From: Bacteroidota bacterium
GTDB taxonomy: Bacteria > Bacteroidota > Bacteroidia > AKYH767-A > OLB10
Reading direction: 5' to 3'
Assembly (NCBI GenBank): GCA_046303115.1
Contig: JBKCGZ010000190.1
Span: 1-62,761, forward strand
Length of the DNA stretch: 62,761 nt
Shown piece after piece: positions 33,137-42,793 of this stretch. A program made the translations under genes and the position numbers. The notes under the pieces are model-generated. The model made no database searches, was not told where the DNA came from, and saw only the letters and a list, made by a program, of their open reading frames with translations. The number at the start of each line of letters is the position of its first letter. Position 1 is the stretch's first letter.

Positions 33137-34798
33137 ATGATGCTTCGAAATAACTTCTTTTATTCATTGGTCTGCCTCTTTTTAGGGATTACTTTTTCTT
33201 CAGTTGGACAAAATAGCAAGCCCGATTTTAGATCGCCGGTGGATATTCCTATTTCACTGGCGGGCAATTTTTGTGAAATCAGACCCAATCATTTTCATTC
33301 CGGTATCGATATCCGAACAAATGGAAAGGAAGGCTTACCCATATTTGCAATTGATGATGGATATGTTTCAAGAATCAAGGTGAGTCCAACAGGATTTGGA
33401 AGAGTCGTTTATATCAACCATCCCGAAGGATATACCTCCGTTTATGCCCATTTATCTTCTTTCAATTCTCCGTTGGATGCTTTTGTCGACTCCATTCAAA
33501 AGGCCAACGAATCATACGATATGGAAGAATTTCCCGATGCCAAAAGATTTAAAGTCAATAAAGGGGATTGCATAGGATGGAGTGGTAATTCAGGATCGAG
33601 TGCTTCGCCACATCTGCACTTTGAAATTCGTGATTTGAAATCGGAAGAGCCATTGAATCCGCTGGCGTTTTTAAATTATGAAGATTCTATTGCGCCAGTT
33701 ATTGAACGGATTAGAATAGTCCATATCAATTTAGATAAAGTTTATAAACCAATAACTGATATCTCAACTTCAGATTATTTAATAACTGTAACCACCGGTA
33801 TTGATTATGGGGATTATTATTTTGAATTAAAAGGAAGTGACAATAGTGGAGATTCGTATATGAACTTTTATTCCATTAACGTAATGACAAATAAAGGCGA
33901 TACACTATTTGATTGTAAGTTCGACCGATTTAATTTCGACGAAACAAGAATGGTAAATTCATTTATTAATTACTCTTCATTAGTAAACGATAAAGAAGAA
34001 TGGCAAAGACTTTACAAGCTACCCTCCAACACAGCTACACTATTTAAAAACTGTATTTCGAAACCACTTACCATTTCGGATGATAATGATACAATATATT
34101 TTAAAGTTACTGACTATAGTGGCAATTCAACAGTTGAACAAGTCATACTATACGGATTTAAACAAGAAGAAATAATAGGAGATTATAAAGAATCAATTTG
34201 CAGATATTACAATGAAAGTTTTACCATTCCTTTTAAATATGGATTCATGAATATCCCTGCTAGTGGAATAGATCAATCACTTTGTTACGAATTAACCGAT
34301 TACGATACAATCCCCGACTCAACAACCTTTTTAATTGGAGATCCTTCTGTTCCTTTAATCAAGAATGCAACAGTAGTGATTCAAAAAAAACTAGGCACTA
34401 ACTTTTGGCTTTGCGAAAGAAATTGGAAGAATGAATTAACCGGAACCTCATTCAAGTTAGACAGTGCGAAATACGGTTATCAAACAAGCATTAAAAAAAT
34501 GGGATGGTACTCGGTAGAATGCGATAGTGTAGCACCACAACTCATAAAAGTAATATCAGAAAAAGACCCTATCATCAAGGAACAGAAAAACATATTATTA
34601 AAAATCAGCGATGATATTTCAGGAGTTAAAAAAGCCAATGTATTCATTAATGGAAATTTCCTTCCATGCGAATTTGATTTAAAACGAAGCAGCGTTGTGA
34701 TTAAAGGAAGTCAACTCAAAAAAGGTGATATCATCCATTTAAAATTAATCGACTATCAAGGAAATACTACCTTAATAGAAAAAGTCGATTGGAATTGA
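33137..34798 (+). CDS. M23 family metallopeptidase
   Basis: Signal peptide; HFHSGID, YAHL, PHLHFEIR. Confidence 0.92.
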   Translation: MMLRNNFFYSLVCLFLGITFSSVGQNSKPDFRSPVDIPISLAGNFCEIRPNHFHSGIDIRTNGKEGLPIFAIDDGYVSRIKVSPTGFGRVVYINHPEGYTSVYAHLSSFNSPLDAFVDSIQKANESYDMEEFPDAKRFKVNKGDCIGWSGNSGSSASPHLHFEIRDLKSEEPLNPLAFLNYEDSIAPVIERIRIVHINLDKVYKPITDISTSDYLITVTTGIDYGDYYFELKGSDNSGDSYMNFYSINVMTNKGDTLFDCKFDRFNFDETRMVNSFINYSSLVNDKEEWQRLYKLPSNTATLFKNCISKPLTISDDNDTIYFKVTDYSGNSTVEQVILYGFKQEEIIGDYKESICRYYNESFTIPFKYGFMNIPASGIDQSLCYELTDYDTIPDSTTFLIGDPSVPLIKNATVVIQKKLGTNFWLCERNWKNELTGTSFKLDSAKYGYQTSIKKMGWYSVECDSVAPQLIKVISEKDPIIKEQKNILLKISDDISGVKKANVFINGNFLPCEFDLKRSSVVIKGSQLKKGDIIHLKLIDYQGNTTLIEKVDWN

Positions 34799-34861
34799 CA
34801 AGGGTCATTCACGTACTATGATGTAAGTCATTTTAAAATGTTATCCGTCGCTGTACTTTTG
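34796..34861 (+). promoter_or_regulatory. Crp/Fnr-type promoter: tandem TGA-N6-TCA boxes and -7 element
   Basis: TGACAAGGGTCA 34796-34807, TGATGTAAGTCA 34819-34830, 23-nt gap, TACTTTTG 34854-34861. Confidence 0.75.
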
Positions 34862-34864
34862 ATT

Positions 34865-34955
34865 TCGAGATGGAGACATCCCATTGTACTAAAATAATAG
34901 TACCATAGTTTACTGGTTTGGATAGAGTCGCAGCAATGCGGCTCTACTTTTTTTT
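34865..34955 (+). ncRNA. Candidate unannotated ~90-nt small RNA
   Basis: Own promoter; hairpins GATG-GAGA-CATC and GTACTA-N6-TAGTAC; single-stranded GU-rich tract; ends in intrinsic terminator; the next gene has a separate -7-like box (TACTTTCG 34959-34966). Confidence 0.6.
34923..34955 (+). terminator. Intrinsic terminator
   Basis: tagagtcgca-GCAA-tgcggctcta followed by C and T8. Confidence 0.9.
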
Positions 34956-34976
34956 AGTTACTTTCGCGAAAGATTT

Positions 34977-35699
34977 ATGCTTATTCTATTTTACTTTTTG
35001 GCATTAGTGGCGGAGGTTGTTGGAACAATTGGAGGGTTTGGTTCTTCCATCTTTTTTGTCCCCATTGCATCATTCTATTTCGAACCTAAATTAGTCCTTG
35101 GCATCACTGCATTTTTTCATGTGTTTAGCAATATCTCAAAGCTGGTGTTATTTGGAAAGCATATCAAAATGAACATCGCTTTGAAGTTTATAATACCGAG
35201 TGTAATTGGTGTTATCATTGGAGCGCTGTTAGTCGCTAAACAATCAGGAGAGATTTTTTCTTTATCGATTGGAATATTCCTGATTTTATTTGCACTGTAC
35301 TTTTTAATTTATCCGAATAAAACAATCAACGCAACCAACAAGAACATTGTGATAGGAGGAAGTAGCGCAGGATTTTTAGCAGGATTTATTGGTACAGGCG
35401 GAGTCATTCGTGGAGCAGCAATGGCGGCATTTAATCTCGAAAAGAATTGCTTTGTTGCTACCTCAGCATTTATCGATTTATTCGTTGATATTAGTCGTTC
35501 TGCAATCTATTATCAAAATGAATTTATTGCAAAAGATAAATGGTATTATATCCTTCCGTTGATTTTCATTTCTTTCGCTGGAAGCTATATTGGAAAATTA
35601 ATTCTTGAAAAATTAAACCAAGATAAGTTCAGAAGAATAGTTTTAATTTTAATTTCGATAATGGGAACAGTATCGGTAATTCGATTTATATGCCAGTAA
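34977..35699 (+). CDS. TSUP / sulfite exporter TauE/SafE family protein
   Basis: GTIGGFGSS and AGFIGTGG repeats, 8 TM. Confidence 0.85.
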   Translation: MLILFYFLALVAEVVGTIGGFGSSIFFVPIASFYFEPKLVLGITAFFHVFSNISKLVLFGKHIKMNIALKFIIPSVIGVIIGALLVAKQSGEIFSLSIGIFLILFALYFLIYPNKTINATNKNIVIGGSSAGFLAGFIGTGGVIRGAAMAAFNLEKNCFVATSAFIDLFVDISRSAIYYQNEFIAKDKWYYILPLIFISFAGSYIGKLILEKLNQDKFRRIVLILISIMGTVSVIRFICQ

Positions 35700-36688
35700 A
35701 GGATAAAAATTTCAGGACAAAAGTAAATGCCATTTCAGTGGTGCTGGCACTTTCTGTTTTGATTATGCTCATCAAATTCGTTGCTTATTACGTTACGAAA
35801 TCGAATGCATTATTATCAGATGCCCTTGAATCGTTTATCAATATTGCCACCAGCTCATTTACGCTTTACAGTATTTATTATTCTGCAAAATTAAAAGACC
35901 ATGATCATCCTTACGGACATGGTAAGATTGAATACCTTGCTGTAGGATTTGAAGGTGCCTTGATTTTAGGAACGGGCGTTTACATTTTATATGAAGCCTT
36001 TAATCATTTCATCCATCCAGAGCCTTTACAAAATGTAGATCTCGGAATTATGATTACTGCATCCACTGGACTATTCATGTATTTCATTGGATCGTTTTTG
36101 AAGAAGAAAGGTCGTGAGTTAGATTCAATTACTTTGGTTGCAGATGGAGAACATTTTCACTTGGACACTATCACCAGCATCGCACTAATTGTTGGATTAG
36201 TTTTATATCACTTAACCAAGTTAACCTGGATTGATCCATTACTCGCTGTATTGCTCGCTGTCCATATTATGATGAGTGGATATAAGCTTACCAAAGAGTC
36301 TATTGATCGTTTACTAGATAAAGCCGATTTCGATACCATTCAGAATGTGGTGAACTCCTTAAATAAAAATCGTAAACCCAACTGGATTGATATTCACAAT
36401 TTACGAATGCAGCGCTTTGGAAATATTATCCATATTGATTGTCATCTAACGCTTCCGTTTTATTACGCACTCGACCAAGTGCATAATGAAATCAAAAATT
36501 TAGAAGCAGATATCAATAAAGACTTCAATCAAGAAGTTGAGTTTTTTGTTCATACCGATCCTTGCAATGAAGAATTCCCTTGCAAGCTATGTAATGTAGA
36601 AGAATGTGCGTTTCGAAAGTTCGACCACCTTCAAACAGTTGATTGGGATATTAAAAATCTGATGGCTAATAAAAAGCATCAGCTGTAA
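35690..36688 (+). CDS. Cation diffusion facilitator family transporter
   Basis: ALLSDALES, DHDHPYGHGKIE, ADGEH, DIHNLR, Cys-rich tail. Confidence 0.93.
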   Translation: MPVKDKNFRTKVNAISVVLALSVLIMLIKFVAYYVTKSNALLSDALESFINIATSSFTLYSIYYSAKLKDHDHPYGHGKIEYLAVGFEGALILGTGVYILYEAFNHFIHPEPLQNVDLGIMITASTGLFMYFIGSFLKKKGRELDSITLVADGEHFHLDTITSIALIVGLVLYHLTKLTWIDPLLAVLLAVHIMMSGYKLTKESIDRLLDKADFDTIQNVVNSLNKNRKPNWIDIHNLRMQRFGNIIHIDCHLTLPFYYALDQVHNEIKNLEADINKDFNQEVEFFVHTDPCNEEFPCKLCNVEECAFRKFDHLQTVDWDIKNLMANKKHQL

Positions 36689-36691
36689 AAT

Positions 36692-37396
36692 TTATCTACA
36701 AGTTTGATGTGTCTTCACACGTTCATGCTTGCAACAATCACCTTCACCACTTTTCATTACACTACCTCGATGGATTAAAAACAAGGCTAATGCTATTGCA
36801 ATAAATGGAGATAGTTTGTTGATGGATAATTTTACTTTAGAACTAAAAATATTTTGAGATACTGCCACTATGTACATCAATGGTAGGGTGCCTAATCCAA
36901 ACAAAAGCATATAAGCCGCAGCATTAGTAATACCTCCATAACTAATAGCGCCCGCCATGGCTAAGTAAACAAATCCACAAGGTAATATTCCGTTTGCTAG
37001 TCCTACAACATACATTGCCGCAAATGATTTCTTCTTGATGTAATTTCCGATAACTGATTTAATCCTGAAAGACATTTTTACTAAACGTCCATTGACTTTA
37101 CTCAATAGTTTATCGTTTAAAAACAATACAACAAGGATGATTAATATTCCAGAGAAAATACTCAAATCACTTTGCAATCCTTTTAATTGAAAACTAATTC
37201 CAATTAATCCTGCTATCACACCCAACAGCATATACATCGTAACACGACCGAGTTGGTACATCAAGCGACCCAAATAAAAATGTCTTGCATCACCATCAAC
37301 AACAGGTAATGATAACGCAATGGGTCCGCACATACCAAGGCAATGAAAACTCCCTAAAAATCCGAGCGACAATGCGCTAATCAGATAATAATTCAT
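36692..37396 (-). CDS. cbb3-cluster membrane protein (DsbD_2 / TauE-like)
   Basis: GSFHCLGMCGPI and NGILPCGFVY motifs; last gene of the cco operon. Confidence 0.88.
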   Translation of the reverse strand: MNYYLISALSLGFLGSFHCLGMCGPIALSLPVVDGDARHFYLGRLMYQLGRVTMYMLLGVIAGLIGISFQLKGLQSDLSIFSGILIILVVLFLNDKLLSKVNGRLVKMSFRIKSVIGNYIKKKSFAAMYVVGLANGILPCGFVYLAMAGAISYGGITNAAAYMLLFGLGTLPLMYIVAVSQNIFSSKVKLSINKLSPFIAIALALFLIHRGSVMKSGEGDCCKHERVKTHQTCR

Positions 37397-37397
37397 T

Positions 37398-37829
37398 TTA
37401 CTGCAGCATTAATTTTTCTTCTTGCAAATATTCTTTTCCATCACAACTCCAGGCAATGGTTAATCGCCAATAGCCACCTGATAATTTATCCGACTGAACC
37501 AGCATTTTACCATTTTCGTTTTTGATGTTCATTGTAAAATCCTTTTGTTTATCGTCAGGACGATAAAATGTCAATTTGCCTTTTATGGCACGATTAGCAA
37601 ATTCAGAAGGAAAAGATAACTCAACTGATTTGTCATTGACAGGATTACATACTACCGTTGCTGCAGCGGCATTCTGCATTTTATTATAACGGTCTTGATA
37701 TTTTACTTCCTGATCGTAATAATTATCAGCAACCAACTCTGTGTTTTGTTGCGTGCATTTGTAAACCAATGTCAACATACCAACAACAAACAACACATAA
37801 ACAAACATTATTTTATATCCCCAATTCAT
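37398..37829 (-). CDS. ccoH: FixH/CcoH family protein
   Basis: MNWG start, LVADNYYDQE, FYRPDD; follows ccoG. Confidence 0.85.
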   Translation of the reverse strand: MNWGYKIMFVYVLFVVGMLTLVYKCTQQNTELVADNYYDQEVKYQDRYNKMQNAAAATVVCNPVNDKSVELSFPSEFANRAIKGKLTFYRPDDKQKDFTMNIKNENGKMLVQSDKLSGGYWRLTIAWSCDGKEYLQEEKLMLQ

Positions 37830-37831
37830 AG

Positions 37832-39244
37832 CTATTTTATTTTTACAGGACCAATGAAATTAGTCTTGATTGTTTCAATTATTTTGTTGCCAGATTTCAC
37901 TTCTAATACAATAGGCAGTCTGGCATTTACAATTTGATTTTGATTAATCATCACAAAGAATTCCCCATCCGCGCTACCTTGTCCTTCTAATTTTGTAATC
38001 CCATCGCCAACCCATTTCACACTTCCGTTCGGAGAAACGAGTTTAATATCAACGGGCATCTGATCGAACGTTTTATTAATGAGGTTCACGTTATATAAAT
38101 TTGAATAGATACTATCATTTTGTTGTTGGTAGATCATACCAGGAGTACGCAGTATAGTAGATTCCACATCGGAACGCATAATTAAAAGCGACAATAAGGT
38201 AGTCAGCAAAACGAAGAGTACAAATGAATACGCTTTTATTCTTCCTGTTATTTGAAATTTCGTCCCTTCAGCAATGGCATTTTCACTTGTATAACGGATA
38301 AGGCCATGTGGCTTTTTAATTTTATCCATGATGCCATCACATGCATCAATACAAGCAGTACAGTTTACACATTCGAGCTGCGTACCATTACGGATATCGA
38401 TACCGGTAGGACATACATTCACACATTGATGACAATCGATGCAATCACCAAATTTAGATTCAGCAGTCTTTTGCAATTTACCTCTTGGCTCTCCGCGTTT
38501 ATAATCGTACGCAATTACCACCGAATTTTTATCAAGCAAAACACCTTGTAGCCTTCCATAAGGACAAACAATTAAACAAGCCTGCTCGCGAAAACGCATA
38601 TACACCGCAAAGAACACGAACCTAAAAACGAGAATCGCTATTAACCCACCGACGTGATTGGATGGATCAACCAAAACAATTTGTTTTAATTCATCGATGC
38701 CAATGATGTAAGCAAGAAATGTATTTGCAATGATAAATGAAATCAGAAAAAAGATACTTCCTTTTAAAATTCGCTTTCTGAATTTTTCAGGAGATGGAGG
38801 AGCATTCTTCAATGCCTTTTGTTGTGCAGCATCACCTTCAATCCAGTATTCAATTTTACGAAAGACCATTTCCATGAAGATAGTTTGTGGGCAAGCCCAA
38901 CCACACCAGAGTCGCCCGAACAACGCTGTAAATACAATAATAAAAACAACAAACGTAAGCATCGCCAACACGAACAAGTAAAAGTCCTGTGGCCAAAAAG
39001 CAATTCCGAATAAAATAAACTTCCGCTCAACAACATTTAATAACATGAATGGGTGTCCGTTTAATTTAATAAACGGACCCACAAACATGACTGCTAATAA
39101 GAAATAACTAAATAATGTCCTTTTATTATAAAAGCGACCTTTAGGCTTCTTCGGAAAAATCCAATTACGGTTACCGTCTTTAGAAATAGTTGAAATACTA
39201 TCTCTAAAACTATCGGCTTCGTCGTAAATAGCGGGATCCATCAT
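37832..39244 (-). CDS. ccoG: Cytochrome c oxidase accessory protein CcoG
   Basis: CGWACPQT, CPYGRLQ, CIDCHQCVNVCPTGIDIR, CVNCTACIDAC. Confidence 0.96.
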   Translation of the reverse strand: MMDPAIYDEADSFRDSISTISKDGNRNWIFPKKPKGRFYNKRTLFSYFLLAVMFVGPFIKLNGHPFMLLNVVERKFILFGIAFWPQDFYLFVLAMLTFVVFIIVFTALFGRLWCGWACPQTIFMEMVFRKIEYWIEGDAAQQKALKNAPPSPEKFRKRILKGSIFFLISFIIANTFLAYIIGIDELKQIVLVDPSNHVGGLIAILVFRFVFFAVYMRFREQACLIVCPYGRLQGVLLDKNSVVIAYDYKRGEPRGKLQKTAESKFGDCIDCHQCVNVCPTGIDIRNGTQLECVNCTACIDACDGIMDKIKKPHGLIRYTSENAIAEGTKFQITGRIKAYSFVLFVLLTTLLSLLIMRSDVESTILRTPGMIYQQQNDSIYSNLYNVNLINKTFDQMPVDIKLVSPNGSVKWVGDGITKLEGQGSADGEFFVMINQNQIVNARLPIVLEVKSGNKIIETIKTNFIGPVKIK

Positions 39245-39252
39245 TTTAATTA

Positions 39253-40218
39253 TTAGTTAGCTGTAGTAGTAATTGTAGTTGCTGTTGAGTCAGTAGCAGT
39301 AGGAGCAGAGTCATCACCCCAAACATCACCTTGCGCAGGTTTTGCATTAGCAGGATTCGTATTCTGCATTGACAAAATATAACTTGAAACAGCTTGAATA
39401 TTCTTAGGTGTTAATTGCGTTTTCCAGCTGATCATTCCTTTTAAAGGAACGCCATTCGTGATTGTTCTAAAAACATTTTTTATTCCACCACCATGAATCC
39501 AATTAGGGTCAGTTAAATTGGGGCCTATGTTACCTTCCAAATTTTGACCGTGACAAGAAGTACAGTTTTTATTAAAAATTTCTTTTCCTTCACTTAAAAC
39601 AGTTGCATCGGTCAGCAACTTCACATTTTCAGCAGTCACCATGTCCGCCATTTTTTCATTTCTGATACGTTGTGCTTCATCAGCAGCTTGAACAGAAGCA
39701 ATGTACTCCTGATCTTGACTATAACCTGTTTTGAAAACATGGAAATGAAACACATAAATTACAGCCCATATAATGGTGAAGTAAAAACCCCATTTCCACC
39801 AAGGAGGTAAATTATTATCTAATTCACGAATTCCATCATAGTCATGATGAAGCATGATGTCCTCTTCCTTTTCAACAGGCACTGCTTGCGTTAAAACGTT
39901 ACGATCAAAGCGAGACCAAAACGATTCTGTCTGAACAGGCTTTACCGTTTCTGATTTTACCTGTTGCTCTTTTTGAGGAGCCATTCCTCTTGCAATAACT
40001 AATAACGTTCGTGCCATAACGAAAATGGCAATCAAGAGAATCAGAATAAAAATAGCCAGGTAATAAAAAGAAGGTTGGTAGAATAGTGGATCAACGGTTT
40101 TAAAGTATTGTCCACTGTTCGCTACTGTTGTACTATCTGTTACAGCTTGTGCATGGACAGTTGTATTGAAAAACAACTGTCCTGAAATTAATCCAATTGT
40201 GATGATGTACTTTTTCAT
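39253..40218 (-). CDS. ccoP: cbb3-type cytochrome c oxidase subunit III (single heme)
   Basis: HDYDGIRELDNNLPPWW, CTSCH, GPNLTD; ATG 40218 preferred. Confidence 0.93.
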   Translation of the reverse strand: MKKYIITIGLISGQLFFNTTVHAQAVTDSTTVANSGQYFKTVDPLFYQPSFYYLAIFILILLIAIFVMARTLLVIARGMAPQKEQQVKSETVKPVQTESFWSRFDRNVLTQAVPVEKEEDIMLHHDYDGIRELDNNLPPWWKWGFYFTIIWAVIYVFHFHVFKTGYSQDQEYIASVQAADEAQRIRNEKMADMVTAENVKLLTDATVLSEGKEIFNKNCTSCHGQNLEGNIGPNLTDPNWIHGGGIKNVFRTITNGVPLKGMISWKTQLTPKNIQAVSSYILSMQNTNPANAKPAQGDVWGDDSAPTATDSTATTITTTAN

Positions 40219-40228
40219 GATAATCAAT

Positions 40229-40405
40229 TTATGCGTTATTGGTTTCGTCGTTGCTTAATGGCAACCTGCTTATTTCATTTAACTCTTCTTTATTTGCCTT
40301 TACCACATAAACAATCAAGGCAGTAAAGAATACGAAGAATACCAGCAGAGAGAACATAGGATAAATACCTACGTCAGTAATTTGTTCTAAATATTGTTTA
40401 AACAT
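40229..40405 (-). CDS. ccoQ: cbb3-type cytochrome c oxidase subunit IV (58 aa; not in ORF track)
   Basis: Manual translation MFKQYLEQITDVGIYPMFSLLVFFVFFTALIVYVVKANKEELNEISRLPLSNDETNNA; fills the ccoNO-ccoP gap. Confidence 0.9.
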   Translation of the reverse strand: MFKQYLEQITDVGIYPMFSLLVFFVFFTALIVYVVKANKEELNEISRLPLSNDETNNA

Positions 40406-40413
40406 ATGCTTGC

Positions 40414-42546
40414 TTATTTTGTAGTTGAATTATCAGAAACTTTATTTGCTTTAATATCGACACCTAATCGTTGTAAGTAGGCAATCATTGCTACTAACTC
40501 TTTATTTGCATCGATAGGAGCACCACTCTTATTTAAGTCCGCGGCAATTTCATTTGCTTGCTTCATCAAATCAGCATTGGCTTGTTGATCGTACCCTTTT
40601 GTGTAAGGAACGCCTAACGTAATCATCGCTCTGATTTTTGCTGGAGTAGAAGCAGTATCTAAATTATTTTCTGCAAGAAAAGCATATGGAGGCATGATAG
40701 AACCTGGCGACATAGTTCGAGGATCAATCATATGATGATAATGCCATACGTTTTGATATTTTCCTCCAACACGTAATAAATCAGGACCTGTTCGCTTAGA
40801 ACCCCATTGGAAAGGATGATCATACACAAACTCACCAGCTTTAGCATATTCTCCATAACGTTCTGTTTCGTGACGGAACGGACGAACCATTTGCGAGTGA
40901 CAAGTGTAACAACCTTCACGGATATAAATATCACGACCTTGTAATTCAAGTGGAGTATAAGGCTTCACTGATGCAATCGTTGGAATATTTTCTTTAATCA
41001 TGAATGTTGGAATCATCTCTACTAATCCACCAATTAAAATCAACACCGTTGCAAACAACATCATCTGAATTGGTCTTCTTTCAATCCAACGATGCCAGTG
41101 ACCACCTTCATGAACAGGAACAGCTTCTAATGCTGGAGCTTCTGCTGGTTCATTCGCTAATAAATCGCCCGTCTTCATCGTCATCACTAAATTGTAAACC
41201 ATCGTTAACGCACCTGCTAAATACAACGTACCACCAACAGCACGTAACTTATACATCGGCATTAACTTCGTTACCGTTGCTAAGAAGTTTGGATATTTTA
41301 ATAATCCATCATCAGTAAATTGTTGCCACATCATGTATTGTTCAAACCCTGCCCAATACATCGGAATGGCATAGAATAAAATTCCTAACGTTGCTAACCA
41401 GAAGTGATAGCTTGCTAATTTTTTAGAGTATAATTCGGTTTGATAAATGCGAGGGATTAACCAATATAAAATACCAAATGTTAACATACCATTCCATCCA
41501 AGTCCACCAATATGCACGTGTGCGATGGTCCAATCTGTAAAGTGAGAAATTGCATTCACTGATTTCAATGATAACATCGGACCTTCAAATGTTGCCATAC
41601 CATAGGCAGTGATTGCAACAACCATAAACTTCAATACAACACTTTCACGAACACGATCCCATGCACCACGCAATGTCAAAAGTCCGTTGATCATACCACC
41701 CCAGCTCGGAGCAATTAACATGATAGAGAAAACAGTTCCTAATGATTGCGCCCAATCAGGTAATGCAGTATATAATAAGTGATGAGGACCTGCCCAGATA
41801 TAAATAAAAATTAATGCCCAGAAGTGAATTATCGATAATCGATAAGAATACACCGGACGATTAGCAGCCTTCGGAACGAAATAATACATCAAACCTAAAT
41901 ACGGCGTAGTTAAAAAGAAGGCTACTGCATTATGTCCGTACCACCATTGCACTAACGCATCTTGCACACCTGCATATACAGGATAGCTCTTTAATATACT
42001 TACAGGAATTTCAATACTATTTACAATGTGAAGTACTGCAACAGTAACCACCGTTGCAATATAAAACCAAATGGCAACGTATAGATGTCGCTCGCGACGT
42101 TTGATAATTGTACCAAACATATTCACCGCAAATACAACCCAAGTAAGTGTGATCAAGATATCAATCGGCCATTCTAATTCAGCATATTCTTTACCTGTTG
42201 TATGTCCGGTAATTAATGTTAATGCAGCAAGCACAATAATCGATTGCCACATCCAAAAATGAAGTTTGCCTAACAAGTCGCTAAACAATCTCGCTTTCGT
42301 TAAACGTTGAAGGGAATAATACAATCCCATAAAAATTCCATTACCTACAAAGGCAAAAATGATGGCGTTGGTATGTATAGGTCGTACGCGACCAAATGTA
42401 ACATACTCACCAGCATTTAAACCAGGAAAAGGTATTTGAAGGGCTGCAATTAAACCCACCAGCATTCCTACAATTCCCCAGATAATTGTCGCAACTGCAA
42501 AATTCCTAACAATGCGATTGTCGTAGCTATACTTCTCAATTGTCAT
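40414..42546 (-). CDS. ccoN: cbb3-type cytochrome c oxidase fused subunits I/II (CcoN-CcoO)
   Basis: QWWYGHNAVAF, WAGPHH, AHVH; CcoO part CYTCHSQMVRP, GSKRTGPDL. Confidence 0.97.
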   Translation of the reverse strand: MTIEKYSYDNRIVRNFAVATIIWGIVGMLVGLIAALQIPFPGLNAGEYVTFGRVRPIHTNAIIFAFVGNGIFMGLYYSLQRLTKARLFSDLLGKLHFWMWQSIIVLAALTLITGHTTGKEYAELEWPIDILITLTWVVFAVNMFGTIIKRRERHLYVAIWFYIATVVTVAVLHIVNSIEIPVSILKSYPVYAGVQDALVQWWYGHNAVAFFLTTPYLGLMYYFVPKAANRPVYSYRLSIIHFWALIFIYIWAGPHHLLYTALPDWAQSLGTVFSIMLIAPSWGGMINGLLTLRGAWDRVRESVVLKFMVVAITAYGMATFEGPMLSLKSVNAISHFTDWTIAHVHIGGLGWNGMLTFGILYWLIPRIYQTELYSKKLASYHFWLATLGILFYAIPMYWAGFEQYMMWQQFTDDGLLKYPNFLATVTKLMPMYKLRAVGGTLYLAGALTMVYNLVMTMKTGDLLANEPAEAPALEAVPVHEGGHWHRWIERRPIQMMLFATVLILIGGLVEMIPTFMIKENIPTIASVKPYTPLELQGRDIYIREGCYTCHSQMVRPFRHETERYGEYAKAGEFVYDHPFQWGSKRTGPDLLRVGGKYQNVWHYHHMIDPRTMSPGSIMPPYAFLAENNLDTASTPAKIRAMITLGVPYTKGYDQQANADLMKQANEIAADLNKSGAPIDANKELVAMIAYLQRLGVDIKANKVSDNSTTK

Positions 42547-42718
42547 AATGATTGATTTTTGATTTTTCGTTTGATGTTATTTCATTATCCATTAATATGC
42601 GAACTGCAGGGGAAGTATCATCATCAAATTGTCCTGTTTTAACAGACCAGAAAAATGCAATCAGAAATCCGATAGCAACGGTTAAACTGGCAATGATTAA
42701 AAGGATGATTACTTTCAT
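42536..42718 (-). CDS. ccoS: cbb3 oxidase maturation protein CcoS
   Basis: Hydrophobic N-terminus then WSVKTGQFDD...PAVRIL. Confidence 0.93.
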   Translation of the reverse strand: MKVIILLIIASLTVAIGFLIAFFWSVKTGQFDDDTSPAVRILMDNEITSNEKSKINHYDN

Positions 42719-42726
42719 AACGAGAG

Positions 42727-42791
42727 CAAATCTATTTCGAGAGTAGGATTAATTAAATGACTGCTATTAGGGTGATTTATGATAATTGTCA
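42727..42791 (-). promoter_or_regulatory. Crp/Fnr-type promoter of ccoS-NO-Q-P-G-H operon
   Basis: -7 box TAGATTTG (42727-42734, minus), 23-nt gap, TGACTGCTATTA 42758-42769, TGATAATTGTCA 42780-42791. Confidence 0.75.
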
Positions 42792-42793
42792 AC

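Noticed and set aside
34865-34955. Riboswitch controlling the TSUP/CDF genes
   Set aside because: No known aptamer consensus or clear antiterminator seen, and the TSUP gene has its own -7-like box after the terminator; cannot be fully excluded without read-through data
40414-42546. CcoN-CcoO fusion and single-heme CcoP as a novelty
   Set aside because: This is the usual arrangement of cbb3 oxidase genes in Bacteroidota
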